Shown: positions 8,199 to 17,883 of the stretch, in pieces
Layout of the letters: each line of letters opens with the position of its first letter
Position numbering within the stretch: the stretch's first letter is position 1
Source: Hyphomicrobiales bacterium
GTDB taxonomy: Bacteria; Pseudomonadota; Alphaproteobacteria; Rhizobiales; Aestuariivirgaceae
Reading direction: 5' to 3'
Assembly (NCBI GenBank): GCA_016185245.1
Contig: JACPNZ010000050.1
Coordinates: 56,733-120,732 of the forward strand
DNA length: 64,000 nt
Position numbers and translations under genes: made by a program
Notes under the pieces: generated by a model
What the model saw: only the letters and a program-made list of their open reading frames with translations
What the model was told of the DNA's origin: nothing
Database searches by the model: none

Positions 8199-9647
8199 CT
8201 ACAGCTTCGGATAGGCGCCCGACTTGGAGGCCCAGCTCGTATAGACCGCCTTCTGCTTGTCGACGCCGATCTTCTGGGTAATCGCATCCCATTCGCCGGC
8301 GGCCGTGTCGAGGATCGCCTTCGGATCGTCGCCCGCCCACAGCTTGGAGATAGCCTGGCGCAGCACCTCCTCGTACTTGTCGGTCTGCAACAGCGACAGG
8401 TCGAGAAGACCGGTTTCCGAAGCGAGCTTCAGGGCGGCGAGATAGTTCTTGGCATTCGGCCAAAGTGCCAGATAGCCCGGATCGGTGTAGTGCGCCGCGC
8501 GGAACGGATCGCGCAGCGTGAACGGCAATTTGACGCGCTCGAGGCTGATCGCCTCGCTGTTCAGCCACTGGATGAACAGATAGGCCGCGTCCTTGTTCTT
8601 GGAGGTCGAGGCGACCGAGAGGGCAAAGCCTGCCGCCAGCTCGGGGTGGCCGCCGGGTGGCAGGGCATAGCCCACCTTGCCGGCGATCGTCGTCTTCGGC
8701 ACCCAGTTAAGCGCCTCCTGGTCGGTGCCATAGCCTTCCGCCCAGCGCCCATAGGGCGGCCAGGAGATGGTCATGGCCGTCTGGCCCTGCAGGAAGGCGG
8801 CGAGGTTCTCGACGAACCCCCACTGTTCAACGCCGGGCGGCATGAACTTGTTCTCGTTCCGCATATCGGTGAAGACCCTCACGCCGATATCGGAATTGAT
8901 CGTCGCCTTCATGCTGGCGGCGTCGAAGAACTTGCCGCCCTCGTTGCGGAAGCGCTCCTCGAACATGAACATGGTGTAGGGCGGCTGGCGGAAGAACGCC
9001 GCGCCATAGATGCCCTTGTCCTTCAGCACATCTGTGAGGCCGGCGCCGACCACGTCGAACTCGGCCCAGGTCTTGGGCACGGCGAGGTCCTTGCCGGTCT
9101 TGTCCTTGAACGCCTTCTGCACCGCGGCGTCCTCGAACAGGTCGCGGCGGTAATACATCAGGAACACGTCGCCATCGTCGGGGAAGCCATAGATCTTGCC
9201 GTCGACCTTCATCTGATTGTCGCGATAGGTCGGCGCGATGGTTTGCAGTTCGGCGGCATAACCGTATTTCTCGACATAGGGGTCGAGCACTTCCAGGGCG
9301 CCGGCCTGGGCCAGGTCGGGCATCCAGGCGGGGATCACGTTGAGCGCGTCATAGGCGCCAGCTCCCGATTTGTAGTCCTGCATGATCTTGGTGAACATGT
9401 CGGCGGTCGCCACTTCGATCACCTTCACGTCCATGCCGGTCAGTTCCTTCCACTTCGGACCGGAGAAGTGGGTGGGATCGAGGGACTGCAATCCGGCTTC
9501 CCAGACGATGGTGATCGTCTGGCCCTTGTACTGCTGCGCGGCCTTGACCGCGACGTCGGCGGCCGATTCGGCCCAGGCGGGCCTGGTCGCCGTGGCGGCA
9601 AAGCCGGCGGCAAGACCGATTTTGCCTATGTCTCGTCTGTTGACCAT
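8199..9647 (-). CDS. ABC transporter extracellular solute-binding protein (family 1), Tat-like signal
   Basis: 482 aa. N-terminal NRRDIGKIGLAAGFAATATRPAWA signal. Typical CUT1 SBP composition and position ahead of two permease genes. Confidence 0.9.
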   Translation of the reverse strand: MVNRRDIGKIGLAAGFAATATRPAWAESAADVAVKAAQQYKGQTITIVWEAGLQSLDPTHFSGPKWKELTGMDVKVIEVATADMFTKIMQDYKSGAGAYDALNVIPAWMPDLAQAGALEVLDPYVEKYGYAAELQTIAPTYRDNQMKVDGKIYGFPDDGDVFLMYYRRDLFEDAAVQKAFKDKTGKDLAVPKTWAEFDVVGAGLTDVLKDKGIYGAAFFRQPPYTMFMFEERFRNEGGKFFDAASMKATINSDIGVRVFTDMRNENKFMPPGVEQWGFVENLAAFLQGQTAMTISWPPYGRWAEGYGTDQEALNWVPKTTIAGKVGYALPPGGHPELAAGFALSVASTSKNKDAAYLFIQWLNSEAISLERVKLPFTLRDPFRAAHYTDPGYLALWPNAKNYLAALKLASETGLLDLSLLQTDKYEEVLRQAISKLWAGDDPKAILDTAAGEWDAITQKIGVDKQKAVYTSWASKSGAYPKL

Positions 9648-9722
9648 TTTAACCTCCCAGTTGTGAACGGCAGCGCCAGGCGGCCATTCGTTACTCCCCG
9701 CTGTTGCCGCGGGGAATTCTTC

Positions 9723-10802
9723 TCATGCGAATTGTTTGGCGTAGCCCTCCAGCTTGCGCTTGAACCCCGGTCTTTCCAACACTTCGCGATTGACCACGCC
9801 ACGTGGGCTCCGGCCGTGCTGGATGTCGAGCACCGCCCGAATATCGGCAGCGCCCACTCCGGCGAAGCACTGATCGGTCCAACTCATGGCGTGTGGTGCG
9901 ACGATCACGTTGTCGAGCTTGTGCAGGGGATCGTTGGGGTCGGTGGGCTCGACTTCGAAGACATCGAGCCCGGCGCCGGCGATGCGGCGATCGGCGAGAA
10001 CCTCGGTGAGCGCCTTCTGGTCGACGATGGGGCCGCGGGCGGTGTTGATCAGATAGGCCGTCTTCTTCATCAGCGCCAGGCGCCCGGCATTGACGATGTG
10101 ATGGGTGTCTGGCGTCAGTGGGCAATTGACGGTGAGGATGTCGGCGCGGGCGAAGAGATCCTCGATCCCGACAAGTTCGATGCCGAGTTCGGCCGCCAGT
10201 TTCGGGTCGGCAAACGGGTCATGGGCGATGAACTTCATGTCGAAGGGCCGGGCCAGCCGGAACATTTCGGCGCCGATATTGCCCACTCCGAGAGACCCCA
10301 GCGTCTTGCCGACAAGACCCACGCCCATGTGCTGGCCTTTCACCGCGAAGCCCTCAGGCCCCAGGCGTGCCAGCCTGTCCTTCACCATCATCTTGCCGGT
10401 GAGCGCCAGCATGAAGGTCAGGATCGACACGGCCACCGGGCGGCGCACCCCGTCGGGGGTGATGCAAAGTGCAATGTCGCCCGCCGTGCAGGCCGGAACG
10501 TCGACCGTATCGTAGCCCACGCCGAAACGCGCCACCGCGGCAAGCCTGCCGCTCTTCGGCACGCTTTCCGGCGCGAAGCGGTGGATCAGCAGGATCAACG
10601 CGTCGAAATCCTCAAGTTGAGCGGCCTGCAGGGGCGCAGCCGACTTGAACTTGGGGCTCAACATCGGATTGGTGTCTTCGAGAAACGCCACCTCGACATT
10701 GGGCGCCGCCATGAGTGGCGCCAGATCGAAATCCGGGAAGGTCGGCGACCCGTCGGTTTTCTTGAAGTCGCTGGAGAGTGCCACCCGGAATTTCGCAGTC
10801 AT
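9723..10802 (-). CDS. D-isomer-specific 2-hydroxyacid dehydrogenase family protein
   Basis: NAD fold GSLGVGNIGAEM, then NTARGPIVD and VAPHAMSWT motifs. I chose the start at MTAKFRV because it forms an ATGA overlap with the upstream aldolase stop. The longer track ORF (to 11063) would run through the aldolase gene. Confidence 0.85.
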   Translation of the reverse strand: MTAKFRVALSSDFKKTDGSPTFPDFDLAPLMAAPNVEVAFLEDTNPMLSPKFKSAAPLQAAQLEDFDALILLIHRFAPESVPKSGRLAAVARFGVGYDTVDVPACTAGDIALCITPDGVRRPVAVSILTFMLALTGKMMVKDRLARLGPEGFAVKGQHMGVGLVGKTLGSLGVGNIGAEMFRLARPFDMKFIAHDPFADPKLAAELGIELVGIEDLFARADILTVNCPLTPDTHHIVNAGRLALMKKTAYLINTARGPIVDQKALTEVLADRRIAGAGLDVFEVEPTDPNDPLHKLDNVIVAPHAMSWTDQCFAGVGAADIRAVLDIQHGRSPRGVVNREVLERPGFKRKLEGYAKQFA

Positions 10803-11608
10803 CGCACGCACCCCTGGCGCAAGGTCTTGATCGCCGCCGACAGGGCATCGCGCAGCACCCAGACGTCGCCCGAATAGCAGCAGAAATCGAATCCCTGCTT
10901 GTAGAGGGCTATGCCAACGTCGGTGGTGGGTACCAGCCGGCCCAGTGCTTTCTTGTGCTTCTTTGTCGCCGCGATGGTGCGGTCGATCGCCTTGAGGAAT
11001 TTCGGATGATCGAACTGGCCGGGAATGCCAAGCGACACGGAGAGGTCGAAGTGCCCGACCCACAGACAGTCGACGCCATCGACGGCGGCGATCTTGTCGG
11101 CATTTTCCGCCCCCTCGGCGGTTTCGATCTGGCAGAACAGCGTGGTGCGGGCATCGGCGGCGGCCAGTTTCGCCGGCACCGGACCCACCCGGTAGTTGTC
11201 GTGGGCCACGCCGAGCGCCACGCCGCGTTTGCCTTGCGGATAGTATTTCATGCTATCGACCACCGTCTGGGCCTCGGCAACGGTTCCGACCATGGGGATC
11301 ATGATACCCTCCGCCCCCATGTCGCAGGCACGGGCAATGTGATGGTACTCCTTCGACGGCACCCGCACGATTGCCGGAAGCTGGGCCGCCTCGAAATAGC
11401 GCATGGCGCTCTTGACCGTCTCGAAGCCGAAGCCGGAATGTTCGAGATCGAACAGCACGAAGTCGCAGCCCGCTTGCTTGAGGATGTGGCCGATGCCGGG
11501 GGTGGCGAATTCGACGATGAAGTGCCCAAGCTTGGCCTTGCGATTGCGGGTCATCGCTTTGAGGCCGAGGCGGCGCGCGGGGGCCATCTTCTTGTGCGAA
11601 ACGGTCAT
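10799..11608 (-). CDS. HpcH/HpaI-family 2-keto-3-deoxy-acid aldolase
   Basis: Family-typical blocks (FDLEHSGF, VRVPS, GIMIPMV, QIETAEG, DCLWVGHFDLS). I chose the start at MTVSHKK because it forms an ATGA overlap with the GntR stop. Confidence 0.85.
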   Translation of the reverse strand: MTVSHKKMAPARRLGLKAMTRNRKAKLGHFIVEFATPGIGHILKQAGCDFVLFDLEHSGFGFETVKSAMRYFEAAQLPAIVRVPSKEYHHIARACDMGAEGIMIPMVGTVAEAQTVVDSMKYYPQGKRGVALGVAHDNYRVGPVPAKLAAADARTTLFCQIETAEGAENADKIAAVDGVDCLWVGHFDLSVSLGIPGQFDHPKFLKAIDRTIAATKKHKKALGRLVPTTDVGIALYKQGFDFCCYSGDVWVLRDALSAAIKTLRQGCVR

Positions 11609-12315
11609 TGCGGGGCTCCCCGGACTTTCCAATAGAGGTCTGAAACCTGGGCCAGATGCGAGCGCATGCGGGCGTCGGCCTGGTCGGGATCGCGCGCCGC
11701 GATGGCTTCGAAGATCGCCGCATGGGCGTCATAGGCGACGCGGTTCTGGCCCGGATAGCTGAGCGTCACCCGCCGCTGGTCGACCAGCCACTCGATCAAC
11801 GCCGTATGCAGGACCGCGTAGATGGGATTGTTGGGCGTGGCCGCGATGGCGTAGTGGAAGCCCACGTCGGTTTCCTCGAAGCGGCGAAGATCGCCGATCG
11901 CCTCGCGATTGGCGGTAAGCGCATCGCCCAGGCGGGCGATATCGGCCGCCGTGGCGTGTCGGGCGGCATCGCGCACCAGGCCCGTTTCAAAGAGCACCCG
12001 CGCCTCCTGGAAATGGCGCATGCCGTCGGCATCGGAAAGAACATAGCGGGCGCTGCCGGCGAGCGACGTCATCACCGCTTCGGCGCTGGGAATTGCCACC
12101 CGGGCCCTGGCGCCGGTGCGCAGTTCGACCAGCCCCATGCGTTGGAGATGGAACAGGGCTTCGCGCACCGCGGTTCGCCCCACCCCGAATTCCTTCATCA
12201 ATTGCCGCTCGGAGGGGAGTTCGGCGCCCGCCGGCATGAGCCGGTCGCGGATCCTCTGCTCGAGGATTTCGGCAACCTGCTCGAAAAGGCGCGATCGCTT
12301 CAGGGCAACGGACAT
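11605..12315 (-). CDS. GntR/FadR-family transcriptional regulator
   Basis: N-terminal winged HTH (LPSERQLMKEFGVGRTAVREAL) plus an FCD-type C-terminal domain. First gene of the minus-strand operon. Confidence 0.9.
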   Translation of the reverse strand: MSVALKRSRLFEQVAEILEQRIRDRLMPAGAELPSERQLMKEFGVGRTAVREALFHLQRMGLVELRTGARARVAIPSAEAVMTSLAGSARYVLSDADGMRHFQEARVLFETGLVRDAARHATAADIARLGDALTANREAIGDLRRFEETDVGFHYAIAATPNNPIYAVLHTALIEWLVDQRRVTLSYPGQNRVAYDAHAAIFEAIAARDPDQADARMRSHLAQVSDLYWKVRGAPQ

Positions 12316-12334
12316 TGGTATACCTATTATACCA
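12316..12334 (-). promoter_or_regulatory. Candidate GntR operator overlapping an extended -10 element
   Basis: Inverted repeat TGGTATA-N5-TATACCA that includes the GGTATACC palindrome. On the minus strand it reads TGGTATAAT, ending 10 nt before the GntR ATG. Confidence 0.4.
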
Positions 12335-12399
12335 GCAGCCTAGGTCGCCGTGGCGGCGCCTGTCAACGGCGGGACGGAATTGTCAACAGCGAGCAGGCG

Positions 12400-13353
12400 C
12401 TAGGATTTGGTTTCCTCGCTGGCCCGGACAAGTTTCTTCAGCGCCAGGAGATCGCGGTCCCGCTTGCGAAAGAGATCGATGGCGGACTTGCCGGTGTAGT
12501 CGTAGAAGCCGGCGCCGGTCGACACGCCGGCGTGGCCCGCCGCGAGGAGTTCGTCGAGACGCTTCGTGGTGGTAGGGAAAGTTGGCGGATCGTAGACGTG
12601 GTTGGCGTGGCTGTCGCGCACGACGCGCAGGCCGGTGTAGTCGATCTTGCGGAATTGCCCGAGCAGCGCCAGGCGCAGCGCCAGACCGTGGCGGATCGAG
12701 GTATCGATGTCGGCAACCTCGGCAACTCCTGCGTCGAGCAGCCGGAAGATTTCGCTCTCGATCGCCATCTGGATGCGGTTGGCGATGTAGCCGGAGATAA
12801 AACGCTTCAGCCGTACCGGCTGTTTGCCGAGGCCGCGCAGAAAATCCATGACGCGCGAAGCGAGTTCTTCCGGCACCCTTTCTCCAGCCACCACGTCGAC
12901 CAGGTCGACGATATAGGGTGGCGTGTACCAGTGGATGATGAAGGCCCGCGGCCGCAGGCGCTCCGGCACGGCCGGGAAGATATCGAGAAAGGAGGTGTTG
13001 CTGGCGAATACCGCATTGTCCGGCACGCGGTCGGCGATCTCGCCGTAGAAGCGGCGCTTTGCCTCCATGTCCTCGACAATGGCTTCGACCACCATATCGC
13101 TGCCGGCTAGCGCCCTGCCGACATCGCGCTCATAGCCGATGCGTCCCTTGGCCGCCGTGGCCTCCTCTTGCGTGATGTCCCCCGCCTCCGCCAGTGTGTG
13201 CAGGGCAGCGGCGATCTTGTCGGGTGCTTCGGCAAGCGCCTTCGGCGAATTGTCGTAGAGCCTCACCCCGCAGCCGCCGAGGGCATGGACGATGGCAAGC
13301 CCGTGTCCCATGAGGCCGGCGCCGAGGATGGCGATCGATTTGAATTCGGGCAT
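12400..13353 (-). CDS. 3-hydroxyacyl-CoA dehydrogenase family protein (NAD-binding)
   Basis: 317 aa with N-terminal IAILGAGLMGHGLA Rossmann motif and a 3HCDH-type layout. It starts 11 nt downstream of the LysR gene on the same strand. Confidence 0.85.
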   Translation of the reverse strand: MPEFKSIAILGAGLMGHGLAIVHALGGCGVRLYDNSPKALAEAPDKIAAALHTLAEAGDITQEEATAAKGRIGYERDVGRALAGSDMVVEAIVEDMEAKRRFYGEIADRVPDNAVFASNTSFLDIFPAVPERLRPRAFIIHWYTPPYIVDLVDVVAGERVPEELASRVMDFLRGLGKQPVRLKRFISGYIANRIQMAIESEIFRLLDAGVAEVADIDTSIRHGLALRLALLGQFRKIDYTGLRVVRDSHANHVYDPPTFPTTTKRLDELLAAGHAGVSTGAGFYDYTGKSAIDLFRKRDRDLLALKKLVRASEETKS

Positions 13354-13364
13354 GGCGTGGCTCC

Positions 13365-14261
13365 TTACGATTGTTCCTGGGCGATGAAGGCGGCACGCGC
13401 CGCGCGCACCTCATCGGCAATATGGCGATAGACCTCGCCAACGCGGCGCGTATCGTGGGTGTCGGGATGCGACATCAGCCAGTAGGTGCGGGTAAAGCGC
13501 AAGCCCGGCAGCAGGCGCTTCAGTTCGGGATGCTGAACCGCGGCGTAATCATGCAATATGCCGATACCGTGGCCAGCCCTGACCGCTTCCATCTGAGCGA
13601 CGACGCTGCCGCACTCGTAATGGCGCTTCATCAGCTGGCCCAGTTCCGCCGCATAGTCGAGGGCGCGCGAGTAGACGAAGTCTTCGACATGGGTGACGAA
13701 CAGCCGGCCCGCCAGGTCGGCGCGCTGCTTCACCTTGCCCGTGGCCTTGAGATAATTGTCCGTCGCATAGACGCTGAGGGTGTAGTCGGTGAGCTTCTTG
13801 ATGATGAGCTTGCCCTGCTTCGGCCGGTCGAGGGTGACGACGATATCGGCCTCGCGGCGGGAGAGCGAGAAGGTGCGCGGCAACGGCACCAGCTGGATGG
13901 TGAGATCGGGATGGCGGTTGGCCAGCGCCGCCAACCGGCGCGCCAGGAAATAGTTGCCGAGCCCGTCGGGGGCGCCGACCCGCACCGTGCCGGAGACCGC
14001 CGCCGTCGCCCCCGACAGTTTGGCGCCGGCCTGCAGCAGTTCCGATTCGACCCGTTCGGCACTGGCGAGCAGCGCTTCGCCGGCGGGAGTTAGGGTGCAG
14101 CCGTTGGTCTGGCGTTCGACCAGCTTGGCGCCGAGCTCGCCTTCCAGCGCCGTCAACTGGCGCCCGACGGTTGCATGGTTGAGCCCCAGCTGCTGGGCCG
14201 CCCCCAGAATTTGCCCGGCCCGGGCCACGGCCAGAAAGATGCGGATGCGGTCCCAGTCCAT
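13365..14261 (-). CDS. LysR-family transcriptional regulator
   Basis: N-terminal HTH ([36 protein letters not shown]) plus a LysR substrate-binding domain. Divergent from mmsA. Confidence 0.9.
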   Translation of the reverse strand: MDWDRIRIFLAVARAGQILGAAQQLGLNHATVGRQLTALEGELGAKLVERQTNGCTLTPAGEALLASAERVESELLQAGAKLSGATAAVSGTVRVGAPDGLGNYFLARRLAALANRHPDLTIQLVPLPRTFSLSRREADIVVTLDRPKQGKLIIKKLTDYTLSVYATDNYLKATGKVKQRADLAGRLFVTHVEDFVYSRALDYAAELGQLMKRHYECGSVVAQMEAVRAGHGIGILHDYAAVQHPELKRLLPGLRFTRTYWLMSHPDTHDTRRVGEVYRHIADEVRAARAAFIAQEQS

Positions 14262-14276
14262 GGCCGACTATAAATT

Positions 14277-14295
14277 TTGCACAACGATACTGCAA
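14277..14295. promoter_or_regulatory. Candidate LysR box (TTGCA-N9-TGCAA)
   Basis: Perfect 5-bp inverted repeat in the LysR/mmsA divergent intergenic region. A third TGCAA half-site lies 20 bp further on, at 14311-14315. Confidence 0.45.
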
Positions 14296-14361
14296 TCGTG
14301 AATGTTGCTGTGCAATTCGGCAGAGCGCATAAGCACCCTCATCAGGAGTGAGGAGACACCC

Positions 14362-15861
14362 ATGCCTAAGCCAATCCCGCACCACATCGCCGGCCGCCAG
14401 GTCACCGGCCGCTCCGGCCGCACTGGAGCCGTGTTCAATCCGGCGACCGGCGAGCACACCGGCAACGTATCGCTGGCCAGCGCCGAAGACTTGCAGGAAG
14501 CGGTTGCCGCCGCTAAGGCGGCATTCCCCGGCTGGGCCGCCACCACGCCGCTCCGCCGCTCCCGCATCCTCAACAAGTTCCTGCGCATCCTCGAGGAGCG
14601 CACCGACGAGCTTGCCGCCGTCATCACCGCCGAGCACGGCAAGGTTCTTTCCGACGCCAAGGGCGAAATCCAGCGCGGCATGGAAGTCGTCGAGTTCGCC
14701 ACCGCCGCGCCGCAGCTCCTCAAGGGCGAGGTGACCGAGAACGTCGGCACCAGGGTCGACAGCCACTCGCTCCGACAGCCCCTCGGCATTGTCGCCGGCG
14801 TGACGCCGTTCAATTTCCCCACCATGGTACCCATGTGGATGTTCCCGGTGGCGCTGGCGACCGGCAACTGCTTCATCCTCAAGCCTTCCGAGCGCGACCC
14901 TTCCGCCTCCCTGTTGCTGGCCAAGTGGCTCGAGGAAGCGGGGCTTCCTCCCGGCGTGTTCAATGTCGTCCACGGCGACAAGGAGGCGGTCGATGCCATC
15001 CTGCACAATCCCGATATCTCGGCCGTGAGCTTCGTGGGGTCCACGCCCATTGCCCGCTACATCTATGAAACCGCCGCCCGTTCGGCCAAGCGCTGCCAGG
15101 CGCTCGGTGGTGCCAAGAACCACATGATCATCATGCCCGACGCCGACATGGACCAGGCGGTCGATGCGCTCATGGGTGCGGCCTACGGGTCGGCCGGCGA
15201 ACGCTGCATGGCGATCTCGGTCGCCGTGCCCGTGGGCGCCAAGACGGCGGACGCGCTGATGGCCAAGCTCGAGCCGAAAGTCCGTGCCCTGAAGATCGGG
15301 CCGGGAACCGACCCGGAAGCCGAGATGGGGCCGCTGGTCACCAAGCAGCATTTCGACAAGGTGCGTGGCTACATCGATGCGGGCGTTGCCGAAGGGGCGA
15401 AGCTGACGGTCGACGGGCGGAATTTCAAGATGCAGGGCTACGAGAACGGCTACTTCGTCGGTGGCACCCTGTTCGATCATGTGACCACCGACATGAAGAT
15501 CTACAAGGAAGAGATTTTCGGTCCCGTTCTCTCGGTGGTGCGCGCCGACAGCTATGCCGCCGCTGCGAAGATGATCAACGAGCATGAATTCGGCAACGGC
15601 ACGGCGATCTTCACCCGCGACGGCGATGCGGCGCGCGAATTCGCCCACCAGATTCAGGTCGGCATGATCGGCATCAACGTGCCGATCCCGGTGCCGATGG
15701 CCTTCCACTCCTTCGGCGGCTGGAAGTCGTCGCTGTTCGGCGACCACCACATGCACGGTCCCGAGGGCGTGCGCTTCTATACCAAGCTCAAGACCATCAC
15801 GACACGCTGGCCCACCGGCATCCGCTCCGGCGCCGATTTCGTCATGCCGACGATGCGCTGA
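14362..15861 (+). CDS. mmsA: Methylmalonate/malonate-semialdehyde dehydrogenase (CoA-acylating)
   Basis: 499 aa aldehyde dehydrogenase with MmsA-typical blocks ([33 protein letters not shown]). GAGGAG SD lies before the ATG at 14362. Confidence 0.9.
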   Translation: MPKPIPHHIAGRQVTGRSGRTGAVFNPATGEHTGNVSLASAEDLQEAVAAAKAAFPGWAATTPLRRSRILNKFLRILEERTDELAAVITAEHGKVLSDAKGEIQRGMEVVEFATAAPQLLKGEVTENVGTRVDSHSLRQPLGIVAGVTPFNFPTMVPMWMFPVALATGNCFILKPSERDPSASLLLAKWLEEAGLPPGVFNVVHGDKEAVDAILHNPDISAVSFVGSTPIARYIYETAARSAKRCQALGGAKNHMIIMPDADMDQAVDALMGAAYGSAGERCMAISVAVPVGAKTADALMAKLEPKVRALKIGPGTDPEAEMGPLVTKQHFDKVRGYIDAGVAEGAKLTVDGRNFKMQGYENGYFVGGTLFDHVTTDMKIYKEEIFGPVLSVVRADSYAAAAKMINEHEFGNGTAIFTRDGDAAREFAHQIQVGMIGINVPIPVPMAFHSFGGWKSSLFGDHHMHGPEGVRFYTKLKTITTRWPTGIRSGADFVMPTMR

Positions 15862-15869
15862 GCCTGGAG

Positions 15870-16394
15870 ATGGCGGACGGCGGCAAACCGGCTTTCACGG
15901 GCGCTGCCGTCGTCATGGGCGTCACCAGCTGCGGCAAGACCACGGTAGGCGAAGCCCTGGCCCATCGCCTGGGTGTTGCCTTCGTCGAGGGCGACCGGCT
16001 GCATCCGGCGGAGAACATCGCCAAGATGTCGGCGGGCATTGCTCTCAATGACGATGACCGCTGGCCGTGGCTGGCGAAGATTGGCGAAGCCCTGAAAGGT
16101 ACGACCGGCATCATTGCCTCGTGCTCGGCGCTGAAACGTTCCTATCGCGAGGCGATTGCCACCGCCGCCGGAAGGCCGGTGCGTTTCGTGTTTCTGCAGG
16201 GAGACCGCGAACTTTTGGCCACCCGCATCGCCGCCCGCCGCAATCATTTCATGCCGCCTGCGCTGCTCGACAGCCAGTTGGCGACGCTCGAGCCACCGGC
16301 GCCAGATGAACGGGCCGTTGCTATCGATATCGCCCTGGCGCCCGATGCCATCGTCGAAAGGGCCGCGGACTTCCTCCTGGCCCACGGCAATTGA
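15870..16394 (+). CDS. gntK: Gluconokinase (GntK/IdnK family)
   Basis: 174 aa. P-loop GVTSCGKTT, then GDRLHPAENIAKMSAGIALNDDDRWPWL, typical of thermoresistant gluconokinases. Confidence 0.85.
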   Translation: MADGGKPAFTGAAVVMGVTSCGKTTVGEALAHRLGVAFVEGDRLHPAENIAKMSAGIALNDDDRWPWLAKIGEALKGTTGIIASCSALKRSYREAIATAAGRPVRFVFLQGDRELLATRIAARRNHFMPPALLDSQLATLEPPAPDERAVAIDIALAPDAIVERAADFLLAHGN

Positions 16395-16455
16395 CGGCCC
16401 CATCGCTTGCGCCCTAAGCAGGTCCGGCCGGATCAACGGGGCAAGGAGACAAGGC

Positions 16456-17883
16456 ATGGCGCAGGCGGAAATCGGCGTGATCGGCCTGGCCGTCATGGGT
16501 GCCAACCTGGCGCTCAACATCGCCGAGAAGGGCTTTCCCGTCGCGGTCTATAACCGCACCGCCGAAACCACCGCCAGGTTTCATGCCAATGCCGGCGAGC
16601 TGGCCGGCCGTGTGACACCTTGTGCGACACTGGCCGAATTCGTCGCCGCCATCCGCCCGCCGCGGCCAGTGATCATCATGGTCAAGGCCGGCGATCCGGT
16701 GGATCAGCAGATAGCACTCTTGCGGCCGCTGCTCTCTGCCGGTGACATCATCATTGACGCCGGCAATGCCAATTTCCGCGACACCATCCGCCGCTTCGCC
16801 GAGCTCGACGGCTCGGGGTTGACCTTCATCGGCATGGGCGTGTCGGGCGGCGAGGAGGGGGCCCGCCACGGGCCCTCGATCATGGTGGGGGGTGCGGCCC
16901 AATCCTATGCCCGGGTCGAGAAGGTGCTGACCGCCATTGCCGCGAAATACCGGGGCGAGGCCTGTAGCGCCTGGTTGGGGCCGGGCGGTGCCGGGCATTT
17001 CGTCAAGACCGTCCACAACGGCATCGAATATGCCGACATGCAGATGATCGCCGAAATCTACGGGTTGCTTCGCGACGGTCTTGGATTTGGAGCGAAGGAG
17101 ATCGGCTCGATTTTCGGGTGCTGGAACGAAGGCCGTCTCAACTCCTATCTGATCGAGATCACCGCCGCCGTTCTGGCCGCCGGCGACGCCAGGACAGGCA
17201 GGCCCATGGTCGATGTGATCCTCGACCGGGCCGGCCAGAAGGGCACTGGCCGCTGGGCGGTGATCGAGGCCCAGATGATGGGCGTGCCCGCCACGGCAAT
17301 CGAAGCCGCCGTCGCCGCTCGCAGCCTCTCGGCCATGAAGGACGAGCGTGAGGGTGCCGAAGCGCTCTATGGCGCCAATTCCTTGCGGCTCGATGCCGGC
17401 GACCGCACCAAATTCGTGGGCGAACTGGAGTTGGCACTGCTGGCCGGCAAGGTGGCGGCCTATGCGCAAGGTTTCGCGGTGATGGCGACGGCATCGAAGG
17501 AGTTTTCCTGGAACCTGCCGATGGCGACGATCGCCCGCATCTGGCGGGCCGGCTGCATCATCCGCTCGCAGTTCCTCGACACCATCGCCTCGGCCTTCCA
17601 GAGCCCGGCGCAACCGGCGAATTTACTGGTGGCGCCGCAATTCGTGACATTGATGAAGGAGGCGCACGGACCCTTGCGCCATGTCGTATCGCGCTCAACA
17701 CTCGCCGGCGCGCCGGTGCCGGCCCTGGCTGCGGCACTCGCCTATTTCGATTCCTATCGCCAGGGCCGCGGCACCGCCAATCTCATCCAGGCCCAGCGCG
17801 ATTTCTTCGGCGCCCATGGCTTCGAGCGGGAGGGTGAACCGGGCACCTTTCACGGGCCGTGGGGTAACCCGCCTTCGGCCTGA
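16456..17883 (+). CDS. gnd: 6-phosphogluconate dehydrogenase, decarboxylating
   Basis: 475 aa starting MAQAEIGVIGLAVMGANLALN after an AAGGAG SD, with conserved GMGVSGGEEGAR and HNGIEYADMQ blocks. The longer track ORF start at 16156 is an N-terminal over-extension. Confidence 0.9.
   Translation: MAQAEIGVIGLAVMGANLALNIAEKGFPVAVYNRTAETTARFHANAGELAGRVTPCATLAEFVAAIRPPRPVIIMVKAGDPVDQQIALLRPLLSAGDIIIDAGNANFRDTIRRFAELDGSGLTFIGMGVSGGEEGARHGPSIMVGGAAQSYARVEKVLTAIAAKYRGEACSAWLGPGGAGHFVKTVHNGIEYADMQMIAEIYGLLRDGLGFGAKEIGSIFGCWNEGRLNSYLIEITAAVLAAGDARTGRPMVDVILDRAGQKGTGRWAVIEAQMMGVPATAIEAAVAARSLSAMKDEREGAEALYGANSLRLDAGDRTKFVGELELALLAGKVAAYAQGFAVMATASKEFSWNLPMATIARIWRAGCIIRSQFLDTIASAFQSPAQPANLLVAPQFVTLMKEAHGPLRHVVSRSTLAGAPVPALAAALAYFDSYRQGRGTANLIQAQRDFFGAHGFEREGEPGTFHGPWGNPPSA

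Noticed and set aside
8115-10877. 920-aa ORF on the + strand, the longest ORF in the track
   Set aside because: It lies antisense to the well-supported SBP and 2-hydroxyacid dehydrogenase genes. The translation is Arg/Gly/His/Asp/Leu-rich low complexity, typical of the antisense frame of high-GC genes. It has no motifs and no SD.
9723-11063. N-terminal over-extensions of track ORFs: 9723-11063, 16156-17883, 27870-30209, 42506-43399, 44682-45707, 45523-46911, 47575-49074, 14302-15861, 34150-35241 and 35225-36388
   Set aside because: The extended parts overlap the upstream gene or read as Arg/Pro/Ser-rich junk. Internal starts with an SD and family-typical N-termini were used instead.
13549-15756. 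735-aa ORF on the - strand
   Set aside because: Antisense to mmsA and overlapping the LysR gene in another frame. Composition is Arg/Gly/His/Pro-rich. The sense-strand MmsA motifs are unambiguous.
16414-17613. 399-aa ORF on the - strand
   Set aside because: Antisense to gnd.
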